Positions 26,414 to 36,467 of a stretch of DNA of 64,000 bases are shown in pieces. Both the position numbers and the translations under genes were made by a program. Under the pieces are notes generated by a model. That model did not search any database, was not told the origin of the DNA, and worked only from the letters and a program-made list of their open reading frames with translations. Numbering within the stretch: the stretch's first letter is position 1; each line of letters starts with the position of its first letter. The stretch comes from Candidatus Poseidoniales archaeon (GTDB lineage Archaea > Thermoplasmatota > Poseidoniia > Poseidoniales > Poseidoniaceae). The DNA lies in assembly GCA_038116375.1 (NCBI GenBank), contig JAYNUQ010000006.1, forward strand, positions 5,176 to 69,175. The letters run 5' to 3'.

Positions 26414-29400
26414 TCACTGGTTGTTGACCCAATCTTGGAGCGCCTCAACGGTCCATCCTTGGTCAAAGTAGCCTTGAATTTCCTGTTGGGTCCATTGTGG
26501 GAAGGTTTCCATGGCTCTTGCCATTTCGGGGTCAACGCCTGCGGGAATTTCTGCGAGCACCTTGGATTCGCCGTAGCTCACCTCGTCCTCATCGTCGTCT
26601 TCGTATTCGTCTTCCAGCATGGATGAACCGCCACCGCCTCGGCGGGCGAGAACGAAGACGAGGGTGCCGAGCACGCCGATAACGGCGACGAGAATCACGA
26701 CGATGAGCAGCAGGCTTCCGGAATCTTCCTCGGCCTGCACCTTCACGTTGAACACGTCAGCCCACTGGTTCTGGGACCCGTCGTAGATGCTCTCGCTGGT
26801 GCCGTTCAGACTGATGACATAGTACATGCCCGTGGTCTGGGCGGCAAACGGTGCGAGGGTGACCTCGACCCAGTCGCTCACTTCTTGAATACCAAGTTCG
26901 GGCGTAGAAACCGTGTCTTCAACCACCGGCGTTCCGCTGTCGGTGACCGACTTGATCACCAACTCGGCGACGCCCGCCATGGAACCGGTGTTCTTGACCT
27001 TGATGCGGAGTTTCATGCTCTCTCCGACCCTCGGGTCATCGCTGAGCAACACGTCTTGAATCTCAAAGGTGGCTTTTTCCTCGATGAAGGTGTATTCCGA
27101 CTTGTGCTGTGCCTGACCGGAGAAGATGGACAAAACCGAGCCGTCTTCTTGTGGACCGCCGCCCAAACGCACCGTTGAACCGGCCGAGTCGGCACCGGAA
27201 ACCCAGAACATCAGCGTGGGTTGCTGGAGCTCGTTCACCTCAGCATCAAAGACTCGGGGTTCGGCGTCTGAAAGCGGCCAGAGGTCAAGACAGGTTGAAG
27301 TGGCCAAGTAACCGCCGCTGAGCGTGCTCAACGAAAGCGGTGCTGACGACGGTTCAAAGCCGAAGTATTCGGCGTACTCTGACCATGGCGTGTAGTCGAT
27401 GGTGTTGCTGTAGAACATCCAGTTGACCTGAAGGTCACCCGGGAACATCGCTTCTTGTTCCTTGATTTGAACCTGAATGTCAACGCAGTGGTAGTTGGCC
27501 GTCGACAGCGTGTTCTTGATGATTCGATCTTCGGAACCGGTTGGCAATGCGCCCTTTTCTGCGAGCCACGTGTTGGGAAGAACCTCGGGTGGTGTTCGGT
27601 CAACTTTCAGCGAAAACTCGCCACAACCGTAAGAGGTCGACGTGGCACACAAAGCCGGCGTGAAGTCTTCCGCACCTGCTGGCAGATTGATGAGTTGGTA
27701 AGTGTAGGTGTATTCGTTGGTGAAGACAGGTGCGGTGATGTTGATGTCAAACACGCCACCGGTGAAGGTGTGCGTGATGGTCTCACCTGGCGTTGCAATG
27801 TAGCCCTTGTTGAAGTCCTCAGCGGCGTCTTGTCGAACGATTTCCATCGTCAATTCGATTTCAGGATTGATGTAGACGCTGTCGTAAATACCCTCTCGGA
27901 AGGCGAACTGGCCGGTGAACTGAACGGTGTCACCTGCGAAGATGAACCCTTGACGCACGTCGCTCGTGAACGGTTCACTCACGTCTTCAAACATCGGCGT
28001 GACCATCTTGTTGTTCACTTCATCCGTTCGGAAGTCAAGTTGCATGCCGTCGCTGTAGCGCCAAATCTGAATGTAGCGGCCGGGCACACCGGAGAGCATG
28101 GTGTAGAGCGGGTTGTCAAGGTCCTGCATCTGGAGTTTGGGCTCGATGTCCTTTCCGTCCATGCCAACAATACCCCAGTCGATACGAATGGGGATGTTGA
28201 GGATGAAGTCCGACTCAAACGGGTCGATGAGGGCCGTGTTGTCCATCGTGAGCATGGTGGGCACAACATCACCGTCGTAGACGATTTCGATGTGCGGGCT
28301 GTCGGTCCATGCCGTTTGGTTTCGAGGGAAGTACCACACCGTCATGCCGTCGCCTGTTTTGTCGAGGTTGACTTGGAAGAAATCAACGTCTCGCCAGCCG
28401 TTGTCATCGCTGGCTTCGAGAATGAGGTGGTAGGTGTTGCCAGCGTACATCGTCTGGTTCCACGTACCGTCCCATTGCATCTCGTTGGAATTGAGGAAAC
28501 CGTTGCCCTTTGAATCCTCAATGAAGAAATTACGGATGACCGGCGTCTTGGACGACATGGACACGTAGGTGACCTGGTCGTTGTCGAATCCTGGGCCACC
28601 ACCGTCAATCGGATTGCCTGCAAGGTCGTAGCCTTCAATCCAAATGGAGACCTTTCCTTCCAATCCTTCGTTGGCGTAATCGTTGTATTCACCCGAGTAG
28701 TTGGCCGTTGGCGCCTCACCGTCGCCGTTGAGGGTGACGGTGATGTATTCGTCTGCATCGGGAAGGCCGTCGCTGTTGGTGTCGTGGTCGTGCTCAACCC
28801 AAAGATGCATGTCCAACGTGGCCGGTGGGCTTGGCAAGTCTTGGCTTGACATGCGGATTTTTTGGCTTGTTTGTGGCACCACCCAGGTGTCATCGAGCAA
28901 GGTTCGCCAGTTGGAGTCAACGTTGGCGTCGGTGCCCGGACTCAACACCTGCATGTCGAGCAAATTCGGCTCGTAAGTATCGATGGTGATGTCGAACGGA
29001 ATGGCGCAGGTCTCGTCAGGGTTGTACTGCGACGGCGGACAAAGCAGGTCGCCACCTTCGTAGCCGCGCACGGCGAACCGGTACGTCTCGCTGCCAGCTG
29101 CATTACCGAGGTCAATGTTCCAGTTGAAGTCGCCACCGATGACGCCCGAGCGGTTCGCAACCTCTTCCCATTCCACGGTGATGTTGCCGTCGGTGGTGTT
29201 GACGTGCTTCAATTCCAACACGAGGAAATAGGCGCTTGGATCGGGGGCTTCGTTGAGGTCCTGAAGTCTGATTTCTCCGATGAGATTGATGTCCTGTCCC
29301 GATTCAGCGTTGGTCAGCGATTGTGTAGCTCCGATGCTGTTTTGGAGTTCAAACATGGTGATGCCGGCATCGTTCTCAACGGCGTTTCCAACCGTTGGGT

Positions 29401-32308
29401 CGAGCAGGACGGCATCGGGCAAGCCGTTGACGCCACTGGTCGTGGTCAATCCAGCGTACATTCGGACTGCTTCCGTGTCATCCCAAGTAGGGTTGACTCG
29501 GAAATGCCAGGTGATTTCCTTGCCGTTGGCGACATCGGCCACCGATGAAGTGGATTCAAGTTGGACGTAATTGTTCTCGTCGCTGGCCTCGGAGAACGAC
29601 ATAAAGTCGCTCCAAGCGAACTTGATGTAGCCGGAATCGGCCTCAAACGTCAGCCATGCCTCGGAAAGGGCAGCACCTGTGAGCGGGTCAACGGTGTGGG
29701 TGGTCACAACTTCGTAGATGTCGCCGTTCGGATAGAGGCCGACGGGGTTGTTGGTCAGCGCAAGCGTGTTCGCATAGCCGGTGCTGGTGGAGACGCTCAA
29801 GTCGCTGAAGGAGACGCCGCCGCCCGAATCCGAATAGACAGCAACGGGTACGCTGGCGGTTGCGCCGCCCGTCCACAAGGCAACGCCCTGATTGAGTTCA
29901 ATGTCAAGGCCGTCAGCTGCGTTGAGCGTGGTTTCATAGTCGTAAACGATGTCCAAATCCACGAAGTCGATGGAGGTGCCCGATGAAGCGTTGGGTGAGT
30001 CCACCATGAAGCGGAACATCACCCAGTAGCGGCCAAACTCATCTTGGTGAGTTCCAGCGACCGACGGATTGGTCAGGAGCGCATTGAGGGCGTTCTTGAA
30101 ATCAAACGGCGTCGTGAGCATCTCTTGAACCAGCGTGGTGGCGTTGGGCATGTCGCCCAGCACTTGGGATTGTGAACCGGCCATGAGGGTCAGTTCGAAC
30201 CCTTCAGCAGGATCGCTGTTGGAGCGCACAGAAATTTGGTCCAAACCAAAGTCTGCAGCACGAACATCAGCGCCTTCGGGAAGAAGGAAGAAACCGCCCG
30301 TGGCTTGTCCGTTCACGCCGAGGGTCAAGGTTGCCTTGTCAGCGGCGTAGTTTACGCCGTCGACGGTGCCGGAGACAAAGGTCGTCTGCCGCCCGAACAT
30401 ATCGAAGGCTGGCTCGGTGAATCCGTAGTCGATGTCGCCATCATCAGCGACGTCAATTCGGAGATTGGAGGCGTGGTGGCCAAATTCGAGGTCGAACCAA
30501 ATGCCGCCCACGTCGCACGGTCCTTGGTAGGACGTGACGGCGTTGAACCCAAAGATGGGGTCGTCAAAGACGGTCTGGACGCCGTCTTCAACCGAAACGC
30601 TGGAAGTCTGGCCCGTGGGTGTGATTTCAATCGATGGCGATTCCGAACAATCGTCCTGAATCATCGGTGTCACCGCCGTGATGGGTTTGCTGAACTTGCT
30701 GCGCTCAAGCGTGGAGGCGTAAGCATCACGTTTGATTTCTGGAATGTAAATCATGGGTTCGCCGCCGCCCATCGTTTGCCAGATACCCCCGTCGATCTGC
30801 ATTGGGCCGAAGGCGGTGAAATTGAAGCCTGTGCCAACACGAGTACCGATGCTGAACCCGTGCAAAACGGGCGTGGAAAGGCGGTCTGGACCGGAATCAA
30901 AGTTGAACTTGAGGTTCACCGAACGGTACTGTTGGGAGTCAATATCCCACAACTCAATGACATCACCTGAAAGGCCCGTCATGGGGTTACCGCTCTTGTC
31001 GTTGATGACGTTGTTGTTGGTGTCAAGAACGTCCACCGTCAGGGTGGCGGTCAGCGAGGTTTCTGCTTCCAAGGCCAACACGCCGTAGCCGTTGGGGTGG
31101 TTTTCTCCGCCAAGTGCATTGGGCGTCATGCTGCGAACCGTCATGCTCGCTCGCTGCGGGAGAAGGTCGCCAAGGCGGAAGTTGTCGACGTACCAGCCCG
31201 ACATGTTATCGTCGATGTTCATGGCGGCGCTGCCGGTGTGATGCATGACGAAGCGGATTTGAACGTACTCGTCGATGTAGTCGGTCAAGTCAACGGCGAC
31301 GTTGGCCCAGCCCGATGGGTTTTGAGCGGTGACCGAGGTGCCGGCGAGGCCCCATCCCCACTGGGTCTGACCCGAACTCTGGTCGTAGTACTGGAGACCA
31401 CCACAGTTGGAGGTGATCTTGGAATCCCAGTTGGAACCCGTACCTCCACCCAAAGCGTAGTTGGTGCTCATCACGACACCGGTACTGTTGGCTTGGTCAA
31501 TGGGCACGTAATCAAAGGCAGAATTGTCGGGAGGGAAGCCTGGGTTGGGTGAAGAACGAATTTGGAGATAGGCGCAATCACGGAACCGCACGGAGTTGGG
31601 TTGAGAGCCCGTGGACGTCTCGAGGTTCCACCACGAATCGAAGAAGGCCGTTTTGCTCTTGAGCAGCGGGTCAACGAAGAGTTCGGTGCTGGTCATGCCG
31701 AGCACGAAGGGCATGTAGGAGGGAGGGGTGTTTCCGTCGGAGTTGTCGTCCGTGTAGTTGGTGTCGGCCAGGTTGGTTCCCCAGCACTCTTGCCCAGAGG
31801 AACATCCTGCGGGGATGTCGGAAGCCGAGAGCGAACCGTGTTCCCAACCCACGCCGCTCGAGGGCATGTTGGCCGGGTCGGTGGAGTCGTAAAATCCGCC
31901 GTTTGTTCCTTCAAAGTCGGTCAGGAAGCCCTCGGAAATCAAAGATACAGGTGTGGCTTCGGTGCCGTCTTCGTATTGGAAGAGGGATTCGTCTGAGAAC
32001 TCCGTCAGCTGATTGTTGTACAGAGGGTTCCAAACTCGCTGCGTGGTATCCAAGTCGATACGAGACTGATGGCCGTGTTCAACAGCGTGGGTGTGCACCT
32101 TCATCGTCGCTCCCGTCACCGTTTCGCCATCGGGAAGCTCAATCGCTCCGTCAACGAGATTTTGCAAATCATTACCGTCTCGGATTTCAACATCGACGCT
32201 TTCGTCGCCGTTGGCGAATGTGGTCACATTGGCCGAAGCAAAGGGGGCGAGAAGCATCAACAACACGAGGAATAGCGGCTTTGTTTTTCGGTGTGGTTCG
32301 TTTGACAT
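26414..32308 (-). CDS. giant (1,964 aa) secreted, C-terminally anchored cell-surface protein (adhesin-like, hypothetical)
   Basis: Signal peptide MSNEPHRKTKPLFLVLLMLLAPFASANV. The long Thr/Asn/Asp/Gly-rich ectodomain includes a jelly-roll-like segment ending in GWYVDNFRLG. TM helix LLLIVVILVAVIGVLGTLVFVLA is followed by RRGGGG and an acidic tail (EDEYEDDDEDE). Confidence 0.85.
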   Translation of the reverse strand: MSNEPHRKTKPLFLVLLMLLAPFASANVTTFANGDESVDVEIRDGNDLQNLVDGAIELPDGETVTGATMKVHTHAVEHGHQSRIDLDTTQRVWNPLYNNQLTEFSDESLFQYEDGTEATPVSLISEGFLTDFEGTNGGFYDSTDPANMPSSGVGWEHGSLSASDIPAGCSSGQECWGTNLADTNYTDDNSDGNTPPSYMPFVLGMTSTELFVDPLLKSKTAFFDSWWNLETSTGSQPNSVRFRDCAYLQIRSSPNPGFPPDNSAFDYVPIDQANSTGVVMSTNYALGGGTGSNWDSKITSNCGGLQYYDQSSGQTQWGWGLAGTSVTAQNPSGWANVAVDLTDYIDEYVQIRFVMHHTGSAAMNIDDNMSGWYVDNFRLGDLLPQRASMTVRSMTPNALGGENHPNGYGVLALEAETSLTATLTVDVLDTNNNVINDKSGNPMTGLSGDVIELWDIDSQQYRSVNLKFNFDSGPDRLSTPVLHGFSIGTRVGTGFNFTAFGPMQIDGGIWQTMGGGEPMIYIPEIKRDAYASTLERSKFSKPITAVTPMIQDDCSESPSIEITPTGQTSSVSVEDGVQTVFDDPIFGFNAVTSYQGPCDVGGIWFDLEFGHHASNLRIDVADDGDIDYGFTEPAFDMFGRQTTFVSGTVDGVNYAADKATLTLGVNGQATGGFFLLPEGADVRAADFGLDQISVRSNSDPAEGFELTLMAGSQSQVLGDMPNATTLVQEMLTTPFDFKNALNALLTNPSVAGTHQDEFGRYWVMFRFMVDSPNASSGTSIDFVDLDIVYDYETTLNAADGLDIELNQGVALWTGGATASVPVAVYSDSGGGVSFSDLSVSTSTGYANTLALTNNPVGLYPNGDIYEVVTTHTVDPLTGAALSEAWLTFEADSGYIKFAWSDFMSFSEASDENNYVQLESTSSVADVANGKEITWHFRVNPTWDDTEAVRMYAGLTTTSGVNGLPDAVLLDPTVGNAVENDAGITMFELQNSIGATQSLTNAESGQDINLIGEIRLQDLNEAPDPSAYFLVLELKHVNTTDGNITVEWEEVANRSGVIGGDFNWNIDLGNAAGSETYRFAVRGYEGGDLLCPPSQYNPDETCAIPFDITIDTYEPNLLDMQVLSPGTDANVDSNWRTLLDDTWVVPQTSQKIRMSSQDLPSPPATLDMHLWVEHDHDTNSDGLPDADEYITVTLNGDGEAPTANYSGEYNDYANEGLEGKVSIWIEGYDLAGNPIDGGGPGFDNDQVTYVSMSSKTPVIRNFFIEDSKGNGFLNSNEMQWDGTWNQTMYAGNTYHLILEASDDNGWRDVDFFQVNLDKTGDGMTVWYFPRNQTAWTDSPHIEIVYDGDVVPTMLTMDNTALIDPFESDFILNIPIRIDWGIVGMDGKDIEPKLQMQDLDNPLYTMLSGVPGRYIQIWRYSDGMQLDFRTDEVNNKMVTPMFEDVSEPFTSDVRQGFIFAGDTVQFTGQFAFREGIYDSVYINPEIELTMEIVRQDAAEDFNKGYIATPGETITHTFTGGVFDINITAPVFTNEYTYTYQLINLPAGAEDFTPALCATSTSYGCGEFSLKVDRTPPEVLPNTWLAEKGALPTGSEDRIIKNTLSTANYHCVDIQVQIKEQEAMFPGDLQVNWMFYSNTIDYTPWSEYAEYFGFEPSSAPLSLSTLSGGYLATSTCLDLWPLSDAEPRVFDAEVNELQQPTLMFWVSGADSAGSTVRLGGGPQEDGSVLSIFSGQAQHKSEYTFIEEKATFEIQDVLLSDDPRVGESMKLRIKVKNTGSMAGVAELVIKSVTDSGTPVVEDTVSTPELGIQEVSDWVEVTLAPFAAQTTGMYYVISLNGTSESIYDGSQNQWADVFNVKVQAEEDSGSLLLIVVILVAVIGVLGTLVFVLARRGGGGSSMLEDEYEDDDEDEVSYGESKVLAEIPAGVDPEMARAMETFPQWTQQEIQGYFDQGWTVEALQDWVNNQ

Positions 32309-32400
32309 GGTGTCACCTGCACATCGGCGAGGGTTTCTCCCCCTAAAATCTCGTCGCTTATCGGACTCGGTCCCTTTTTACGTCCCAATCGGGAAGAAGA

Positions 32401-32910
32401 ATGAACATGAGTTATGAGGGTGAAGCGTGTGGAACCATCATGGAGCCTTATTCCACCGAGCCGGTGACCCTCATTGAGGAGGTCTTTCCACAAGACACCA
32501 ACGCCTACAACACCCTGTTTGGAGGACGCTTGCTGTCACTCATGGACAAGGCTGGCGGAATCGCCTGTGCAAAATTTGCTCATCGAGAATTCGTAACCAT
32601 TTCCATTGACACCTTGACGTTCATCGCTCCAGCACGGCAAGGCGACCTGCTGGAGGTGACCGGTCAAATCGTCTACACCAGCAGCCGTACAGCGTGCACA
32701 AAGGTAACCGCCTACACGATGAGCAAGGCCACGTGGGAGAAGAACATCATTTGCGAAGGTTACTTCTTCTTCGTCGCGATTGATTCAAACATGCAGGCCA
32801 TTCCCATTCCTCAATTCACGCCAAAAACCGATGATGAACAAGAAGAATGGGAGAAGGCGAAAGCCATCCGCAACAACATGCTGGCTCAGAAAGCCAAGCG
32901 AGACGCTTGA
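32401..32910 (+). CDS. acyl-CoA thioesterase (hotdog fold, YciA/BFIT type)
   Basis: VFPQDTNAYNTLFGGRLLSLMDKAGGIAC....ISIDTLTFIAPARQGDLLEV is the typical 4HBT-type acyl-CoA hydrolase core. Confidence 0.8.
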   Translation: MNMSYEGEACGTIMEPYSTEPVTLIEEVFPQDTNAYNTLFGGRLLSLMDKAGGIACAKFAHREFVTISIDTLTFIAPARQGDLLEVTGQIVYTSSRTACTKVTAYTMSKATWEKNIICEGYFFFVAIDSNMQAIPIPQFTPKTDDEQEEWEKAKAIRNNMLAQKAKRDA

Positions 32911-32950
32911 GCACCCATTGCTTCTTCAAGCGCAGCCAACTCGGCGGGCC

Positions 32951-33976
32951 ATGGTCGTGTTGAACATCGCCGTCATCGCATCGGATGAACTCGCAAGGGA
33001 CATCGCAAAACCAGCCGACCAAAGAGATGTTCACACCTATGTTCACAAAGAAAACGGGCCCGATGGAGCCCGCATTCTGTCGCTGATACGCCCTGCGAAA
33101 TATCCTGAACGTCTGCCTCCGTTCCTTAACGCACTGTCAACCTCGCAAGCGGGCATCATCGAAGTGACGGGAATTGATGCCTCGCTCGGAGAGGTGTTGG
33201 TTGCCTTTGCAAGCGCCGGCATTCAGCGCGGGCTTGCCGTGATCAATCCTGCCGATGGAGGATGGATCGACGAAGATCAGGTCAAGATGCTGTTCAAGCA
33301 GGCTGGCCTTGCTTCATGGACCTTTGAGCACAACGACGGCGTTCATCTGAGAGAGCGCATGTATGCGCTCATGGACGAGATTCAAAGCGTCCTCGAGGCC
33401 AACGCCAACGCACCTCTCGTGCTTCCCGTGGACCAGCACTTCAACGTCAAAGGCATCGGACTGGTGGCCATCGGATACGTGCAGTCCGGCCGAGTCAGCG
33501 TTCACGACGAGGTGCTTCTCCTACCTGCCAACGGCACGGGTAACGCCAAATCTTTGCAGGTCATGGACGACGATGTTGATGTGGCTTCGGCAGGAGACAG
33601 GGTTGGTCTCGCCCTTCGCAACACCAAAGAAGAGCACCTGACGGGCAACACCATCATCGTTCATCCACCCGTTGAAGACAAGCGAGCCAACGTCTCGACA
33701 CCGATGGCCCTTGACCAACACGGTCGTTCGTTGGTCGAACTTGCCACCTCGCCGTTCCAAAAGCGAGTGCTTGCTCCTGGCGATGTGATTCATGCAAGCG
33801 TGGACCTGCAGTTTGTGGTCGGGCGCGTCGTTGAAGTGAACGGGAGCGCGCTCACCGTGGACTGGGAGCATCCCTTGTTCATCCGAAAGGATGCCCCCCC
33901 AAGCGTACTCATCGCTCAATTGGACTCCAAACCCCGCATCATGGGCTCAGCCGTGCTCACCGTCGTGAATGTGTGA
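32951..33976 (+). CDS. EF-Tu/aEF1A-like protein with a degenerate (P-loop-less) G domain
   Basis: Domain II is clear: PLVLPVDQHFNVKGIGLVAIGYVQSGRVSVHDEVLLLP...SLQVMDDDVDVASAGDRVGLALR. The N-terminal segment NIAVIASDELARDI replaces the G1 motif GHVDHGKT. The ATG at 32951 was chosen because the ORF opens at 32780 inside the thioesterase gene. Confidence 0.7.
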   Translation: MVVLNIAVIASDELARDIAKPADQRDVHTYVHKENGPDGARILSLIRPAKYPERLPPFLNALSTSQAGIIEVTGIDASLGEVLVAFASAGIQRGLAVINPADGGWIDEDQVKMLFKQAGLASWTFEHNDGVHLRERMYALMDEIQSVLEANANAPLVLPVDQHFNVKGIGLVAIGYVQSGRVSVHDEVLLLPANGTGNAKSLQVMDDDVDVASAGDRVGLALRNTKEEHLTGNTIIVHPPVEDKRANVSTPMALDQHGRSLVELATSPFQKRVLAPGDVIHASVDLQFVVGRVVEVNGSALTVDWEHPLFIRKDAPPSVLIAQLDSKPRIMGSAVLTVVNV

Positions 33977-33994
33977 CGGCGTTCGGATGCGACG

Positions 33995-35530
33995 TTGGTT
34001 TTGCGGGGGCCAACTCGGGCGTTTGGCGGTGGTTTGATAACCTCAAACATGTGGCTCGGACATGGGATGCGCGAAATTGGGCAGGGGACTGCACCAACCA
34101 GCGAGACGGACAAGGAAACCTTCCAGTCCCTCCGGTTGGCAGAACCATCAGAACGGGTGAAAATCACCTTGGATGAGCGCATGCTGAGCATTGAAGGGAA
34201 GCGAAACGCCACCGTCGACATGCGACTGAATGCGATTGTAACCATGAAACACCACTCCACCAATTTGATTCCAACCTGGTTGATTCTTCTTGGATTCGCA
34301 CTGATTTGGATCGGTTATCGCGTCATGGTCCCGTCGGCCTACAAGATGGCCTTCATCAGCGTCGGTGTTGCCGTTGTTGCTGCTCGATTTCTCACCAAGA
34401 AGCCCACACTCACCATTCAAACATCATCCGGAGACGCACATGTGCTCTACGGTGGCGAGCGAGCGCTCAATCGTTTGAGTTTCATGTTCAACCACCTCGC
34501 CAACAACAAAAGCATGGCCGAGGTGAGGGCGAAACTCCAAGCGATTGAGCATGAATTGGACGGCGGTTGGCGTGAAGTCGAGGTCCTTCCTGCCCCCGTA
34601 TTGCCCACCGTGCTCGATGTCCCTCAAGCCGTGAACCTCTTTCTATCCGACGAGCGAGAGGACGTGGAACAAACCCCCGTTTCTGAGCCAACTCCCGACT
34701 GGATGCCGACCAACGAACCGGAACCGATGTACGCTACCCCAGTGGTTGGTTTCATCCCCAGTTTCCCGTCGGTGGGCGCTTCGTCTGAACCTCCTACCTA
34801 TCCACCCGACCATCGACCTGCTCCACTCCCCCATCCCGTGTTGATTCCAGCTCCTCCCATGCACCAGGCCGGATACAACCAAGATCAGCCCTCCTTCTTC
34901 CCTTCCTTCGTCAATCGGGACGGAGCCCATATCCCCGGCCGAAGGGAAGAGCATGTCCCCGAAGAGGAACATGAGGAGATGGCCCTCGATGCTGAATTGT
35001 TTGAGGCTCTCGACGATGCGATTGAGACGGAGGCAAACTCCTTCGAGATTCCGACGGTTGCCCCTCAACCTCAGCGTGAAACACTGCTGAAGCCAAAAAC
35101 ACCCAAATCCATTGAGGACAGCCCGTTCAAACCACGCCGAATCCAAACCCTCCATCCAAAGAGCAGACGGCGTACAGGATTCATTTCTCGACTTCGAGAG
35201 ACCTCGAGCGGGATCCTTGAACGAACCTCAAGCATAGGTCGCCCGCGTCCTTTTTCCACCTCTGAGACAACGGGTGCGCTGCGAGAACAAGCGGCAGATG
35301 CAGCTTCCCAATCCACACCGCAAGTCCATCAGTCACTCTCTCGGGAACGGGGCGGCGTGCTACCAGCAGAAGAGACCGAGCGGCTGCGGCTGCGAAGCGA
35401 ACGCTTACTGGCGGCTGCAGCAGAACTTCAAGCGACCGAAGAGGGAGCCTTGGAATCGCTTTCCTTTGGCGACCTTCGGGCCAGCAGCAGCGACGATGAG
35501 GTCAACGTTCCTCGATTGGATGAAGATTGA
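33995..35530 (+). CDS. hypothetical membrane protein with a Pro-rich, low-complexity C-terminal half
   Basis: Two TM helices (PTWLILLGFALIWIGY, AFISVGVAVVAARFL) are followed by Pro/Glu-rich disorder. The start is uncertain: TTG 33995, ATG 34049 or ATG 34067. Confidence 0.6.
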   Translation: MVLRGPTRAFGGGLITSNMWLGHGMREIGQGTAPTSETDKETFQSLRLAEPSERVKITLDERMLSIEGKRNATVDMRLNAIVTMKHHSTNLIPTWLILLGFALIWIGYRVMVPSAYKMAFISVGVAVVAARFLTKKPTLTIQTSSGDAHVLYGGERALNRLSFMFNHLANNKSMAEVRAKLQAIEHELDGGWREVEVLPAPVLPTVLDVPQAVNLFLSDEREDVEQTPVSEPTPDWMPTNEPEPMYATPVVGFIPSFPSVGASSEPPTYPPDHRPAPLPHPVLIPAPPMHQAGYNQDQPSFFPSFVNRDGAHIPGRREEHVPEEEHEEMALDAELFEALDDAIETEANSFEIPTVAPQPQRETLLKPKTPKSIEDSPFKPRRIQTLHPKSRRRTGFISRLRETSSGILERTSSIGRPRPFSTSETTGALREQAADAASQSTPQVHQSLSRERGGVLPAEETERLRLRSERLLAAAAELQATEEGALESLSFGDLRASSSDDEVNVPRLDED

Positions 35531-35531
35531 T

Positions 35532-36464
35532 TCAGTGGCCAAGCATCCGTTTGTAGGTTTGCAGACGCTGGTCAAACACGTCGCCCTCAAGCCCGCGGAG
35601 CGCCGTCGTTCCAAAGGCTTCGAGCGTGAAGCTGGCCATGACGGTGGCCATCATCAAGCCTTGACGTAACTCATCCACCGTGAGCGGGCCTGAGCCAGAG
35701 GCAAGATGAGCCGCCAGGGCTCCTGCGAAGGTATCACCGCAACCCGTCGGGTCAACGACGTCGGATGTCGGAACCGCAGGGAGGGCGAGAAGTTCCCCGT
35801 CGTGCAGGGCCAGGACCCCGTGCTCACCACGCTTCACAATGAGCGTGCTCGTGCTCGTTTGTTGGGCGAGCATGTGCATGGCCCGAACCAAATTCTCATC
35901 TTCTGAAAGCATTCTTGCCTCACCGTCGTTGATGATGATCAAATCCACGGCTTGCATGACGTCCAGCAGGGCAGGCTTTGCAATCGTGATCCACAGATTC
36001 ATTGAATCGAGCATGGTCAACCGAGCTGCCTGTGTTTGTTGGAGGACGCTTTGCTGAAGTGCAGGGTGAAGGTTGGCACAAAACACAACGTTGGGTTGAT
36101 GCCACGCCGCTGGGACTGAGGGTTGGAAGTGCTCAAAGACGTTCAGATGGGTCGCTTTTGTTTCGGCTTCAGCCATGGCCCCGTGGTAGGCACCCTCCCA
36201 TCGGAACGTCTCGCCTGCAGCCGTTTCAAGCCCCTCGAGGTCGAGGCCTGCATCAGCGAGGATGTTGCGGTCATGGTCGGCAAAATCTTCCCCGACCACG
36301 CCGACCAAGCCGGTTTCCTGGCCCGTCATCTTTCGCTGCAAAAATCGACAGGACAAACCTCCGTAGGTGGCCGAACCTCCAAGCGCCCGTTCCACGGAAC
36401 CCTCGGGAGAAGCAACGGAGTCGTAGGCGATGCTGCCAACAATAAGGACACCCATGAACATCAC
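35532..36464 (-). CDS. PfkB-family carbohydrate/nucleoside kinase
   Basis: C-terminal signature DPTGCGDTFAGALAAHLA, plus N-terminal GGSATYGG. Confidence 0.8.
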   Translation of the reverse strand: MMFMGVLIVGSIAYDSVASPEGSVERALGGSATYGGLSCRFLQRKMTGQETGLVGVVGEDFADHDRNILADAGLDLEGLETAAGETFRWEGAYHGAMAEAETKATHLNVFEHFQPSVPAAWHQPNVVFCANLHPALQQSVLQQTQAARLTMLDSMNLWITIAKPALLDVMQAVDLIIINDGEARMLSEDENLVRAMHMLAQQTSTSTLIVKRGEHGVLALHDGELLALPAVPTSDVVDPTGCGDTFAGALAAHLASGSGPLTVDELRQGLMMATVMASFTLEAFGTTALRGLEGDVFDQRLQTYKRMLGH

Positions 36465-36467
36465 GCC

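Noticed and set aside
27455-28513. 352-aa plus-strand ORF, with similar ones at 28862..29548, 30236..30970 and 31097..31996
   Set aside because: All are antisense to the continuous 1,964-aa surface-protein ORF, which has a signal peptide and a TM anchor. No motifs are present.
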